Virus record (IMG/VR): IMGVR_UViG_3300032516_000007
Span: 1 to 64,000 of that record
DNA: 64,000 bases
DNA from: a virus
Direction: 5' to 3' (one strand)
The notes beneath the pieces were generated by a model. That model made no database searches, had not been told where the DNA came from, and saw nothing but the letters and a program-made list of their open reading frames with translations. The position numbers were made by a program, and so were the translations under genes. Numbering within the stretch: position 1 is the stretch's first letter; the number at the start of each line of letters is the position of its first letter. Positions 1-8,107 of the stretch are shown one piece after another.

Positions 1-1
1 G

Positions 2-1375
2 GCTCTCTGGGATCGCCTGGAGAAGGTGAAGGATTTGATCGAGGAAGCCAAGTCGCTTCCCGATTCGAAGGAGACGATCAAACAGGCCGAGAAGCTGATG
101 GTTAAGCTGGGAGAGGTGGAGGACCCCGAGCCCGAGGAGGAGCAGGGTCAGGAGCCCCAGAAGGAGCAGCGCAAGGGTGAGGCAGGGGAGGAAGATGAGG
201 AGGGGGATGAGGAAGAGGGAGTAGGGGGAGAGGGCGGGGACGAGGACGAGGAGGGGGAAACTGGTTCTGGAACCAGTGGGGATGGGGACGAGGAGGGGGA
301 GGAGGGTGAGCGGGAGGAGGGTGAGCCCAAGCGCACTTCGAAGCGTCCTACCAATGCCGACTTCGAGAATGTCAGCGAAGAGAGCATGAAGAAGGACGAG
401 CAGATCAGCTCACGCCACAACATGATTCGAACGGCGGCACGGGCAGAGTTTTCTTCTGAGGATCGATACCTCATCTACACGACCGAAGGTGACATGATCG
501 AGCGTATCACCAGCGGTGACAAGTTCGCGGCTCTCCAGTTCCTTCGGGAGAGCAGGGCGATGGTCAACGTGCTTCAGAAGAAGATGCGTCTCAATTTGCT
601 CAGCATCGCTCAGGCGAAGTGGGAGCCTGACAAGCGGCGAGGCAAACTCAACCCCAAGGCAATCTTTCGGGTTCCGCTGGGGACGAGCAAGAGAGTCTTC
701 CGGCAAAGGGTGGAGGCTCCTGGGTTCGATACGCGATGTTCTCTGTGGGTGGATCATTCGGGGAGCATGGCGGGTTACAAGATCGATCTTGCTGCCAAGG
801 CAGCCATGTTGTTCGGAGAGGTTCTGAACGAGTTGGGCATCCCGTTCGAGATTTGTGGGTACAGCACCCGTGATTACAGGACGGGGCAAACTCGATACGA
901 GAAAGCCACCTCAGAAGATCAGAAGATTTACTCGAGGTGGGGAGATCTGTGGGTGGGAATCTACAAGGCATTCGATGAGGATTGGAGACTGGTGAGACAT
1001 CGCTGCCATCAGATGTCTAGGAACCAGCGGGCCAATACCTACGATGGGGAGAGCATCAGGTTGGCGGCGGCACGGCTCAATCAGTACGAGGAGCGGCGTA
1101 GGATACTCTTTGTGTTCAACGATGGCTGCCCTTGTCCTAACGTGGGTTGCAAGATCGAGGAACACACTCGTTACTGCAAAGAGATGGCGAAAGAGGTAGA
1201 GAAGATCGTTGAGCTGTTCGCTGTCGGTATCTGCTCTCCGCAGGTCAAGGACTTCTACTCTAACAACGTGAATATCAACGCTGTGGAGGACTTGCCCAAG
1301 GTGATGCTGACTCAGCTCGACGCCATGCTTCGTGGTGGTAAGAACTTGATCCAGGGTAAGAAGAAGGCTTCATGA
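2..1375 (+). CDS. CobT-like vWA-domain protein (5' truncated by window)
   Basis: MIDAS motif VDHSGS, FEICGYST, NTYDGESI, LFVFNDGCP as in CobT C-terminal vWA domains; long acidic linker; frame open from window start. Confidence 0.8.
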   Translation, partial: ALWDRLEKVKDLIEEAKSLPDSKETIKQAEKLMVKLGEVEDPEPEEEQGQEPQKEQRKGEAGEEDEEGDEEEGVGGEGGDEDEEGETGSGTSGDGDEEGEEGEREEGEPKRTSKRPTNADFENVSEESMKKDEQISSRHNMIRTAARAEFSSEDRYLIYTTEGDMIERITSGDKFAALQFLRESRAMVNVLQKKMRLNLLSIAQAKWEPDKRRGKLNPKAIFRVPLGTSKRVFRQRVEAPGFDTRCSLWVDHSGSMAGYKIDLAAKAAMLFGEVLNELGIPFEICGYSTRDYRTGQTRYEKATSEDQKIYSRWGDLWVGIYKAFDEDWRLVRHRCHQMSRNQRANTYDGESIRLAAARLNQYEERRRILFVFNDGCPCPNVGCKIEEHTRYCKEMAKEVEKIVELFAVGICSPQVKDFYSNNVNINAVEDLPKVMLTQLDAMLRGGKNLIQGKKKAS

Positions 1376-1385
1376 AACGAGGTGC

Positions 1386-1934
1386 ATGGTGCTCTCGACG
1401 GCTGCCAGGATGGTCCAGTGGTTTACTCGGCGTACCGTGCGAGAGTGTCCCGGTTTGGATGCTGCGGAGGTCCAGGGTGAGATGTGGGTCGCCGCAGTAG
1501 AGGCGATGAAGTTCTGGAAACAGGATGGTGGAGCTGCATTTTCCACCATCCTGTTTCGGCGTCTCACGTGGTCAAAGGGGCACTTTCGAAGACGTTGGGT
1601 TCAAGACCACAGGATGAGGATAGCTCACTTCGAAGAGATGGTAGAGCAACCTGATCCGGGTTTTGAGGACCGATGGAAACGACTCGTTGGGAGGCTGAAG
1701 GAGGATGAGCAACAGGTTCTAGAACTGATGGTGAGCCCATCGCCTGTGTTCCTCCGCTATGTTCATCAGTGTTGGCATGAGCGGAGATCAAGGTGGCCGG
1801 GTAACAAGATCAGCTACACGGTGCAACAGGTTCACTACGCTCGCTTCCTTGGCCTATCAACGGTCAAGGTTGGCCGCACCATTCGTCACATTCAGCGGCT
1901 AACTCAGGAAGTGTTCAATGACAACGAAAGGTAA
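1386..1934 (+). CDS. Phage sigma-70-like factor
   Basis: Region-2-like EVQGEMWVAAVEAMKFWKQDGGAAFSTIL; region-4-like LKEDEQQVLEL...ARFLGLSTVKV. Confidence 0.6.
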   Translation: MVLSTAARMVQWFTRRTVRECPGLDAAEVQGEMWVAAVEAMKFWKQDGGAAFSTILFRRLTWSKGHFRRRWVQDHRMRIAHFEEMVEQPDPGFEDRWKRLVGRLKEDEQQVLELMVSPSPVFLRYVHQCWHERRSRWPGNKISYTVQQVHYARFLGLSTVKVGRTIRHIQRLTQEVFNDNER

Positions 1935-1941
1935 TAGAAAC

Positions 1942-2970
1942 ATGCCTCGCGTTGAGGAGAACAAAGAGGAAGAGTTTGACCCAATGCCGATCATGCCAGC
2001 TCCCAGCAGAAGGTTGGGAGAGGCAGCGGTTGATGAAGACGGGGAGATTGACAGCACCTTTGTGACTGGTTCTAGAAAAGGATCTACGATCACTCTGGAT
2101 GATCTGGATGATGATGAGAAGTCTTCAGGCCCAGATCAGTTCGAGGTGCTTACGTCGAAGTTGTTGAAGACAATCAGTCCCGATGTTCGGGATGCAATCA
2201 AGGGCACGGAGTGCTTCGGTCGTGCTTGGAAAGACGATACTGATGTGTGCCCCGAGGTGGAATGTGAGCTGAGGGATTACTGCCGGAACGTCTACGAGCA
2301 AGTGACGGGGGATGTGGAGGGGGATGAGGTTGAGGAGATCGAGGAGCCCGTTGCCAGACAACAGAAGATCATAACCCACCGAGCAGCACAGGGGACCATT
2401 GCAGCCCCTGCTGAGAATCGGAAGCTTCAGAAGGGCAAGAAGAAAAAGAAGCGGAAGTTGGGGGAGGCTCCAGAAGGGAAGCCCGTCAAGCAACCATGGG
2501 AGATCGAGAAGTACAAGCGGAGACCCTATGTGACACAGGGTCGCCCAATCGATTTCATCGTGGATGCTCTGTGGAAGGAAGTGGGTGAGCCCCCATCTCT
2601 TCCGGAGAAGTGGAAGTACGTTAAGTCCATCTCTTTCGAAGATCGACAGTACGCTGCATCCCATTTCATGAACCACTATGGTAGGGGGTTGGTGGTGTGT
2701 CGCCGAGCCAGCTACCACCTCTACTACAACAACGGGATGCACGTGTGCCGTATCTGGGTCAATGGTGCGGGGGGTGGTTTGATCGATATGTGCCCCACGT
2801 TGGCATCGGCAATGGAGGATGAGGGTTTCGAGCTGCATTCAGTGCCCGAGAAGAACAAGAGGCACGTCTTTCAGTTCTTCACCTCTCGATGCTGGTTGGG
2901 CACCACGGAGCAGGCCAAGACGGCTGCTGTGTGCATCAAAGCAATCCTGAACAAGATGCAGGTTCGATAG
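1942..2970 (+). CDS. Hypothetical protein with CFG-type Cys4 mini-domain
   Basis: Long ORF; CFGRAWKDDTDVCPEVECELRDYC; Lys-rich patch. Confidence 0.65.
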   Translation: MPRVEENKEEEFDPMPIMPAPSRRLGEAAVDEDGEIDSTFVTGSRKGSTITLDDLDDDEKSSGPDQFEVLTSKLLKTISPDVRDAIKGTECFGRAWKDDTDVCPEVECELRDYCRNVYEQVTGDVEGDEVEEIEEPVARQQKIITHRAAQGTIAAPAENRKLQKGKKKKKRKLGEAPEGKPVKQPWEIEKYKRRPYVTQGRPIDFIVDALWKEVGEPPSLPEKWKYVKSISFEDRQYAASHFMNHYGRGLVVCRRASYHLYYNNGMHVCRIWVNGAGGGLIDMCPTLASAMEDEGFELHSVPEKNKRHVFQFFTSRCWLGTTEQAKTAAVCIKAILNKMQVR

Positions 2971-2980
2971 GAGAGAAACG

Positions 2981-3331
2981 ATGCGAGTTGCAGATCTAGT
3001 TCAGGCCCACCAGGATGAGTGGTTGGCCAAAGTGATCTCCAATGGGGACTGTGAGGTCATGAGCTTGTTCCTCATTTACAATGATGGCAAGCTCACACAG
3101 ACACAGGCCCAGGAGATCTGGGACAAGGTGACGGGCGAGGACTTCGTGGCTGAGGAAAAGAGTGCTGTGCTCAGCAACGAACAGCTCATGAATGACAAGC
3201 AACGAGGGCATTGTCACCAAGCCCCCTCGGTTCCACAGGGAACGAATGAAACGCACCACTGGTGGGTCGAGTTGCTTCTCTTCGATACTGATCTTCAAGA
3301 TGTGGTAAAGATCAAGGACAAGTGCAAATGA
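2981..3331 (+). CDS. Hypothetical protein
   Basis: GGAG RBS, tiles with neighbours. Confidence 0.6.
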   Translation: MRVADLVQAHQDEWLAKVISNGDCEVMSLFLIYNDGKLTQTQAQEIWDKVTGEDFVAEEKSAVLSNEQLMNDKQRGHCHQAPSVPQGTNETHHWWVELLLFDTDLQDVVKIKDKCK

Positions 3332-3624
3332 AAGAGAAGCATCCAGATCAACCTCTAGTTTGGGTTGAGAATGTTGTCAGGTTCAAGCAAAACAAGGTGG
3401 TGGACTTTCTTCTTGGGCAAGCCAGTGCAGGTGTCAAGTGTGATCTCAACCAGATTTGGATTCTCTACCATAGGAAGCTCTTCTCCATCGAAGACATGGT
3501 ACAGCTATACCAGCTCATCGGTTATAGCGTGAGCGGATTTGGAGACATATCTAACTTCCCAAAGAAGACAATTCGAAAGTTTGACGAGTTGGCAGCCAAG
3601 ATGGTGGCAAAGAGGAAGCGATGA
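3328..3624 (+). CDS. Hypothetical protein
   Basis: ATGA overlaps at both ends. Confidence 0.6.
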   Translation: MKEKHPDQPLVWVENVVRFKQNKVVDFLLGQASAGVKCDLNQIWILYHRKLFSIEDMVQLYQLIGYSVSGFGDISNFPKKTIRKFDELAAKMVAKRKR

Positions 3625-4010
3625 GTGACAAGGACTACGAGGTAAAGATCACTGAAGAGGAGCTGGAGATTCTCAATCAGGCTCTTGGTGACTACATCAT
3701 GGGTCTGGAAATGAAGGAGGGTCCCCAATCTGAGGTTGACAAGGTTGAGGCTCTCCAGGGGAAGCTTAACCGAGAGAAGAACATTCGCCAGGATCTCTTG
3801 GATGCCTCCGAGGATGATTCTTGCGAGCATTGTGATCTTGAGGATTGTCCTGCACAGTGTTTGGAGTCTCTGGGAGCTAGGCGAGCGAGTGACCGGGGGG
3901 ATTCCCCTGTTGAGTTCACGGAGTCCCACAGGGGGGAAGGGGCTCGAGATCAATGGGCTAGAGCCTATGACGACCTCAATGGGGCTCCGGAATCGGATGA
4001 CGACCGATGA
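3621..4010 (+). CDS. Hypothetical protein
   Basis: ATGA overlaps, GAGG RBS. Confidence 0.55.
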   Translation: MSDKDYEVKITEEELEILNQALGDYIMGLEMKEGPQSEVDKVEALQGKLNREKNIRQDLLDASEDDSCEHCDLEDCPAQCLESLGARRASDRGDSPVEFTESHRGEGARDQWARAYDDLNGAPESDDDR

Positions 4011-4234
4011 AGCGTACATCTGATCTGAGTGCAGTCAGGAGGATGCTGATCCGAGCCAAGATCGAATACTCTGAGGAGGAGGAACTCCATTGTGATCGGG
4101 ACAGTCGGGACAGCCCTCACAATGGCAAGCCGGTCATCTGTCTTGATGTGGAGCGGGGTTACAGTGGATTCCATGTGGCGTTCGTCTTTCTGAAGGAGAC
4201 GGGAGAACTGTTGGACCTTGGAGCCTATGAATGA
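4007..4234 (+). CDS. Hypothetical protein
   Basis: ATGA overlaps. Confidence 0.55.
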   Translation: MKRTSDLSAVRRMLIRAKIEYSEEEELHCDRDSRDSPHNGKPVICLDVERGYSGFHVAFVFLKETGELLDLGAYE

Positions 4235-4635
4235 AAACTCCTGTCAAAAGAACGCCCGTCATCAGGACCCCGGTTCAGAGGCCCATCACTGTTGGTTCTA
4301 GAATCAAGCTAAAGGTGGGTGACAAGCAGCAGCTCAAGTGCTTGTTGGTGGGAAAGACGGGTAGGGTCTCAGAGATGTACCAGGATGGCACTTGCTACGT
4401 AATCCTGGATTGTGGTCACATGTGCGATGTGCCCCTGGCATCCATCGAGAAGAGCAACTTCAACAAATGTGTCAATTGCCATACATTGACGCATCGGTCA
4501 GAGCTGAAGATTCCATCGTTCTGGAATGGTAGTGGGGGTCTTTGCTCAGAGTGTTGGAAGGCTCTCAAGATTGACAAATACGAGAGGAAGGTAGATGAGG
4601 GATCAATTAGAGGTAAACGCAAATCTAGTTCGTGA
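4231..4635 (+). CDS. Hypothetical protein, SH3/KOW-like plus Zn finger, N-terminal (K/R)TPV x3
   Basis: VGSRIKL...GKTGRV; CxxC...CxxC. Confidence 0.6.
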   Translation: MKTPVKRTPVIRTPVQRPITVGSRIKLKVGDKQQLKCLLVGKTGRVSEMYQDGTCYVILDCGHMCDVPLASIEKSNFNKCVNCHTLTHRSELKIPSFWNGSGGLCSECWKALKIDKYERKVDEGSIRGKRKSSS

Positions 4636-5254
4636 GCTGGGGGACCGATTGGTCCTAGGTCAAACGGAGTTCAGCTTCGCACTAGTTCAGGAGATGTTCA
4701 CTCGATCTTGGAACTTCAAACGGGAGCAGGGCCACTACTGGTTCACTGCCACGATCATTGGGAACAGTGACAACAAGATCTTTGCAGTTCACATCATGGG
4801 GGACTGCGGGATCGATACCTATCGAGCTGGCGAGCCAATGCCCATCGAGGCATTTGGGGACTGGTTGGGAAATAGCCACAGGGACTACATTCTCAGCAAG
4901 GGGGCTGAGCCAAAGGAGTTCCAGTGGAAGGCAGCCGTGGGGGATCTGAAGGGGTATCTGGAGCGTGAGAACGATGTAGACGCTTCCAAGATGCTGGACC
5001 GAATTGGGGGTGAGTTCGCGTACCCCGACTGTTCCGATCAGGTTAGTTTCCACAAGTTGGTTCTGGAAACAGCGGAAGAGGTTGGGTACGAGATTTACGA
5101 TGCTGTGAGTGATTGCAGGTGGGGACTTCGTTGGTCAGCCTGGGCCGAGTCTCGTCATTATCAGATCACCTACTTTGGGAACTGGCTTAAGAAGCAGGAA
5201 CGGGATGAGGGGCGCACCTCAGCGGAAATGATCATTTCACTTCCTGCTCTGTGA
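4595..5254 (+). CDS. Hypothetical protein
   Basis: 219 aa ORF in operon. Confidence 0.6.
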   Translation: MRDQLEVNANLVRELGDRLVLGQTEFSFALVQEMFTRSWNFKREQGHYWFTATIIGNSDNKIFAVHIMGDCGIDTYRAGEPMPIEAFGDWLGNSHRDYILSKGAEPKEFQWKAAVGDLKGYLERENDVDASKMLDRIGGEFAYPDCSDQVSFHKLVLETAEEVGYEIYDAVSDCRWGLRWSAWAESRHYQITYFGNWLKKQERDEGRTSAEMIISLPAL

Positions 5255-5276
5255 ATCAGAGAGGGGAAAGAGGAAA

Positions 5277-5549
5277 ATGAATCGGTCAGTGAATCGAAGC
5301 AACACCAACTGGAAACAGGAGTGGGAGGAGGAGACAACTCTCACCCCAGCGGAGCAGAGAGAGACAGACTGCCTTCAGCGGGAGGAAGAGGCTCTCAACG
5401 CTCAGATCATGGACGACCTTCGGATGCTGGAGTTGGAGCGAGAATTGAACCCGAAGAGAGGGGTGTCTGGCTGGCAACATCAGGAAGAGTTGTATCGGAG
5501 ATTTGATCTAGATGATGGAGGGTGGTGTCTTGACGATCCTCTCCCTTGA
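5277..5549 (+). CDS. Hypothetical protein
   Basis: GAGG RBS. Confidence 0.55.
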   Translation: MNRSVNRSNTNWKQEWEEETTLTPAEQRETDCLQREEEALNAQIMDDLRMLELERELNPKRGVSGWQHQEELYRRFDLDDGGWCLDDPLP

Positions 5550-6300
5550 TTGGGATTTCTTTTGTCCCTCAGATCCAATGTGGGACCTGGGGCATCGTGA
5601 GGCAGAATTCTTTGTCAGCGCAATTTGGAGGGCGCGTGGGGGTCTAATTTCACAGATGAATACCTCTGGAGCGGAGGATGAGTTCTGGACTTGGATCCAG
5701 AACTATTGGAAGCTTGATACAAATCGGCTTCATGTCTCGGAGTCGCATCTGGATGTTCATACTCTCATGGAATCCCACTCCAGGTTGATTCTGGTGGACG
5801 CACATCATGATTGTTGGTCTTCCACGAAGGTCAAAACTGGGTGGAATATTGACTGTGCAACTTGGGCAACTTCGTGGTTGCGTAGATCACCGTTTCATCG
5901 CATGCTCTGGATTCGTCCCGATTGGCAGACAGGTGGAAGCATTACCAGCAAGATTGCCAAGGACATCAGAAAGCAGATCACCATCGTAGCTATGTCCAAG
6001 GTTGGTAAGCTTTCCTCTGTGAAGAAATGGCTAGGTCGAAGGATCGACGATGCTCACATCTGTCGATCAGGTTGCTGGTCTCCTCCCTGGTTGGATGAGA
6101 AATTCCTTAGCCTGGTGAAGAGCTATCCGAATTTGTCAAAGATCATCAACATGGAGAGGAGTGGGCGTTCGGAGGTGTGGAACCCCATGAAGATCCGATG
6201 GAAGGAGGAGGATCGAAAGGCTGTGTTGAAGGGATATGAAGACATGAGGAGAATGGTCGATCTTCTACAGGATCCAGATCAAAAGTGCTTGACAACTTAG
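5530..6300 (+). CDS. UPF0489-like / arginase-deacetylase-fold metallohydrolase
   Basis: ILSLDWDFF, ESH, LVDAHHD, ICRSGCWSPP motifs. Confidence 0.55.
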   Translation: MTILSLDWDFFCPSDPMWDLGHREAEFFVSAIWRARGGLISQMNTSGAEDEFWTWIQNYWKLDTNRLHVSESHLDVHTLMESHSRLILVDAHHDCWSSTKVKTGWNIDCATWATSWLRRSPFHRMLWIRPDWQTGGSITSKIAKDIRKQITIVAMSKVGKLSSVKKWLGRRIDDAHICRSGCWSPPWLDEKFLSLVKSYPNLSKIINMERSGRSEVWNPMKIRWKEEDRKAVLKGYEDMRRMVDLLQDPDQKCLTT

Positions 6301-6333
6301 ATTAACTAGATCAACATCCATTAAGATCAACAT
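6289..6333 (+). promoter_or_regulatory. Candidate promoter with AGATCAACAT direct repeat
   Basis: TTGACA 6289-6294, weak -10 CAACAT at 17 bp; AGATCAACAT at 6308 and 6324. Confidence 0.4.
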
Positions 6334-6354
6334 GCAACGTGCCTGGAGGACACA

Positions 6355-7023
6355 ATGGCAAAGGTAGTGAAGGTCGAGGGGTTCAGCAGCAAGGAGCAGA
6401 AGATTCTCAATGCGCTTTCCAACGGGGAGCAACACAACATTCGGGAGCTGAAGAAGCTCTTCTGGGAGGCTGCCAAGGCACACTGTGCCGAGATCTACGA
6501 GAAGGGATGGGGCGAGCATGAGGTCAATGGGCAGGCCCAGAGTTACGTGCGAAACAGCGTGCGTCGCCTGATCCGTGACGGCTGGGTTGAGGGGCCACAC
6601 ATGAACGAGAACCTTCCCAGGGGCACCTACAAGCTCACCCGCTCCGGTCGTGATCGGGTTGCCAAGGGTGTGTCGATCACGCCCTCTCTCAAGGAGAGAG
6701 ACGCTCGTCGGGAGGGGCGCAAGGCCAACACGGCTGCCAAGAAGGCCAAGAAGGCTCCCGAGGCCAAGAAGGAGAAGAAGGTCAAGGTGAAGGCAGCTCC
6801 CAAGGCCAAGAAGGCTCCCAAGGCCAAGAAGGCTTCCAAGACAGCCGCCCCCAAGAAGGCCAAGGCCAAGGTGAAGGCCAAGCCCGCGAATGGGGCTCAG
6901 GCGAAGGCTCAGGCAGCCAAGGCGAAGGTTTCGAAGGAGGCAGCCAGGGAGAAGGCTCAGGATGCAGCTCGCCGAGCTGCTGAGGAGCCGAAGTCAGAAA
7001 CGTCCACGCCCACCGCGAACTGA
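6355..7023 (+). CDS. Winged-helix DNA-binding protein with histone H1-like Lys/Ala/Pro tail
   Basis: VRNSVRRLIRDGWVE...GTYKLT winged-helix pattern; repeated KAKKAP tail; strong GGAGG RBS. Confidence 0.7.
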   Translation: MAKVVKVEGFSSKEQKILNALSNGEQHNIRELKKLFWEAAKAHCAEIYEKGWGEHEVNGQAQSYVRNSVRRLIRDGWVEGPHMNENLPRGTYKLTRSGRDRVAKGVSITPSLKERDARREGRKANTAAKKAKKAPEAKKEKKVKVKAAPKAKKAPKAKKASKTAAPKKAKAKVKAKPANGAQAKAQAAKAKVSKEAAREKAQDAARRAAEEPKSETSTPTAN

Positions 7024-7034
7024 AGGAGTCTCAG

Positions 7035-7343
7035 ATGAAAAAAGAAGATAAGGAAAAGGTTGACGCTTTGACGGTTCGTTACCAGGCGAGGCTGGAGAAG
7101 CGTGTGGCTGAGGGGCTCGGTCTCCCTGGTGATGGGGGGAGGCAGGGTCGGCTTCCGGTGGGCATCACGGAGGAGAACCGGGAAGCCTACGTCGCTCTTC
7201 GCGATCAGCTCAGGCAGCTCAAGGATCTGCGGAAGAACTCGGTGGTCAAGCTGCGTGAGATCATCGATGGCATGGAGGCTCTGAAGGGGGCCAAGGCCAA
7301 GCCCGGGAAGAAGGCAGGGGCCAAGAAGAAGAAGGCATCCTGA
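7035..7343 (+). CDS. Small basic coiled-coil protein
   Basis: AAGGAG RBS; Lys-rich C-terminus. Confidence 0.65.
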   Translation: MKKEDKEKVDALTVRYQARLEKRVAEGLGLPGDGGRQGRLPVGITEENREAYVALRDQLRQLKDLRKNSVVKLREIIDGMEALKGAKAKPGKKAGAKKKKAS

Positions 7344-7356
7344 TTCTAGAATCAGG
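7339..7356. repeat. Perfect 18-bp palindrome CCTGATTCTAGAATCAGG (copy of window-wide motif)
   Basis: Read directly; overlaps the TGA stop of 7035..7343. Confidence 0.9.
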
Positions 7357-7375
7357 GTAGATCAAGTTTCAAGAT

Positions 7376-7413
7376 AGGGGCAGCCCTGGGAAACCGGGGT
7401 TGCCCCTTTTTTT
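7376..7413 (+). terminator. Rho-independent terminator
   Basis: AGGGGCAGCCCTGG-GAAA-CCGGGGTTGCCCCT followed by T tract. Confidence 0.9.
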
Positions 7414-7460
7414 GTGTCTCGATGGCTGATACTCTTTGTGGCCAACCGGAGGTGGCCACA

Positions 7461-7736
7461 ATGCCCCATAAAGCTCTCAAGCTTGTTGATCTTCATTGCG
7501 AATCCTGTGACCATATCTGGGAAGCGTTGCTTTCTCCCGATGAGGACTTGCAAGGCTGCCCTGAGTGTGGTTCTCTCAAGGTCTGTCAGGTGCCTGGTGG
7601 AAACCCGACAACCTTGCATGACCCAAACGTGAGAACCAATGCGTTGAAGAAACGCAGTGAGGATCACTCTCGGAGAACGTTTGGTGAGAACGTCGAGAGA
7701 TTGAAATCTGAAGGTAGACTCCCACTCAAGCATTAG
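7461..7736 (+). CDS. FmdB-like zinc-ribbon protein
   Basis: DLHCESCDHIWE...CPECGS; GGAGG RBS. Confidence 0.7.
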   Translation: MPHKALKLVDLHCESCDHIWEALLSPDEDLQGCPECGSLKVCQVPGGNPTTLHDPNVRTNALKKRSEDHSRRTFGENVERLKSEGRLPLKH

Positions 7737-7746
7737 GAGGAAGAAG

Positions 7747-8058
7747 ATGCCCGAGCTGACAGAGAAACAGACGAAGGATCTCGAGAAGAAGAGGGAGAAG
7801 GCCACGAATGTCCAGCGTGCGTTGGACGATGACATTCCCTTTGAGGTCCTTGATGGGATGGAGAGCTTGCAGCACAGGGGCATCATCAAGAGGCTGAATC
7901 TCTGCTTCAAGCGTGGAGGGGTTGATGGGCTCGCCTTCCTGGGGTCTCTCGACAGCATGCTGCAAGAGTGGAAAGCACTCAGCAAGGTGATGGACGCCAC
8001 GAGGAAGATGGCTAGGAAGGAAGAGGAGAAGATCAGCAAGCTGCTCGGTACGGACTAG
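7747..8058 (+). CDS. Hypothetical protein
   Basis: AGGAGG RBS. Confidence 0.65.
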   Translation: MPELTEKQTKDLEKKREKATNVQRALDDDIPFEVLDGMESLQHRGIIKRLNLCFKRGGVDGLAFLGSLDSMLQEWKALSKVMDATRKMARKEEEKISKLLGTD

Positions 8059-8107
8059 CAGGAGACTGCATCAACAAGAGCTGCTTTGCAGCCACTAGGA
8101 AGGTCAT

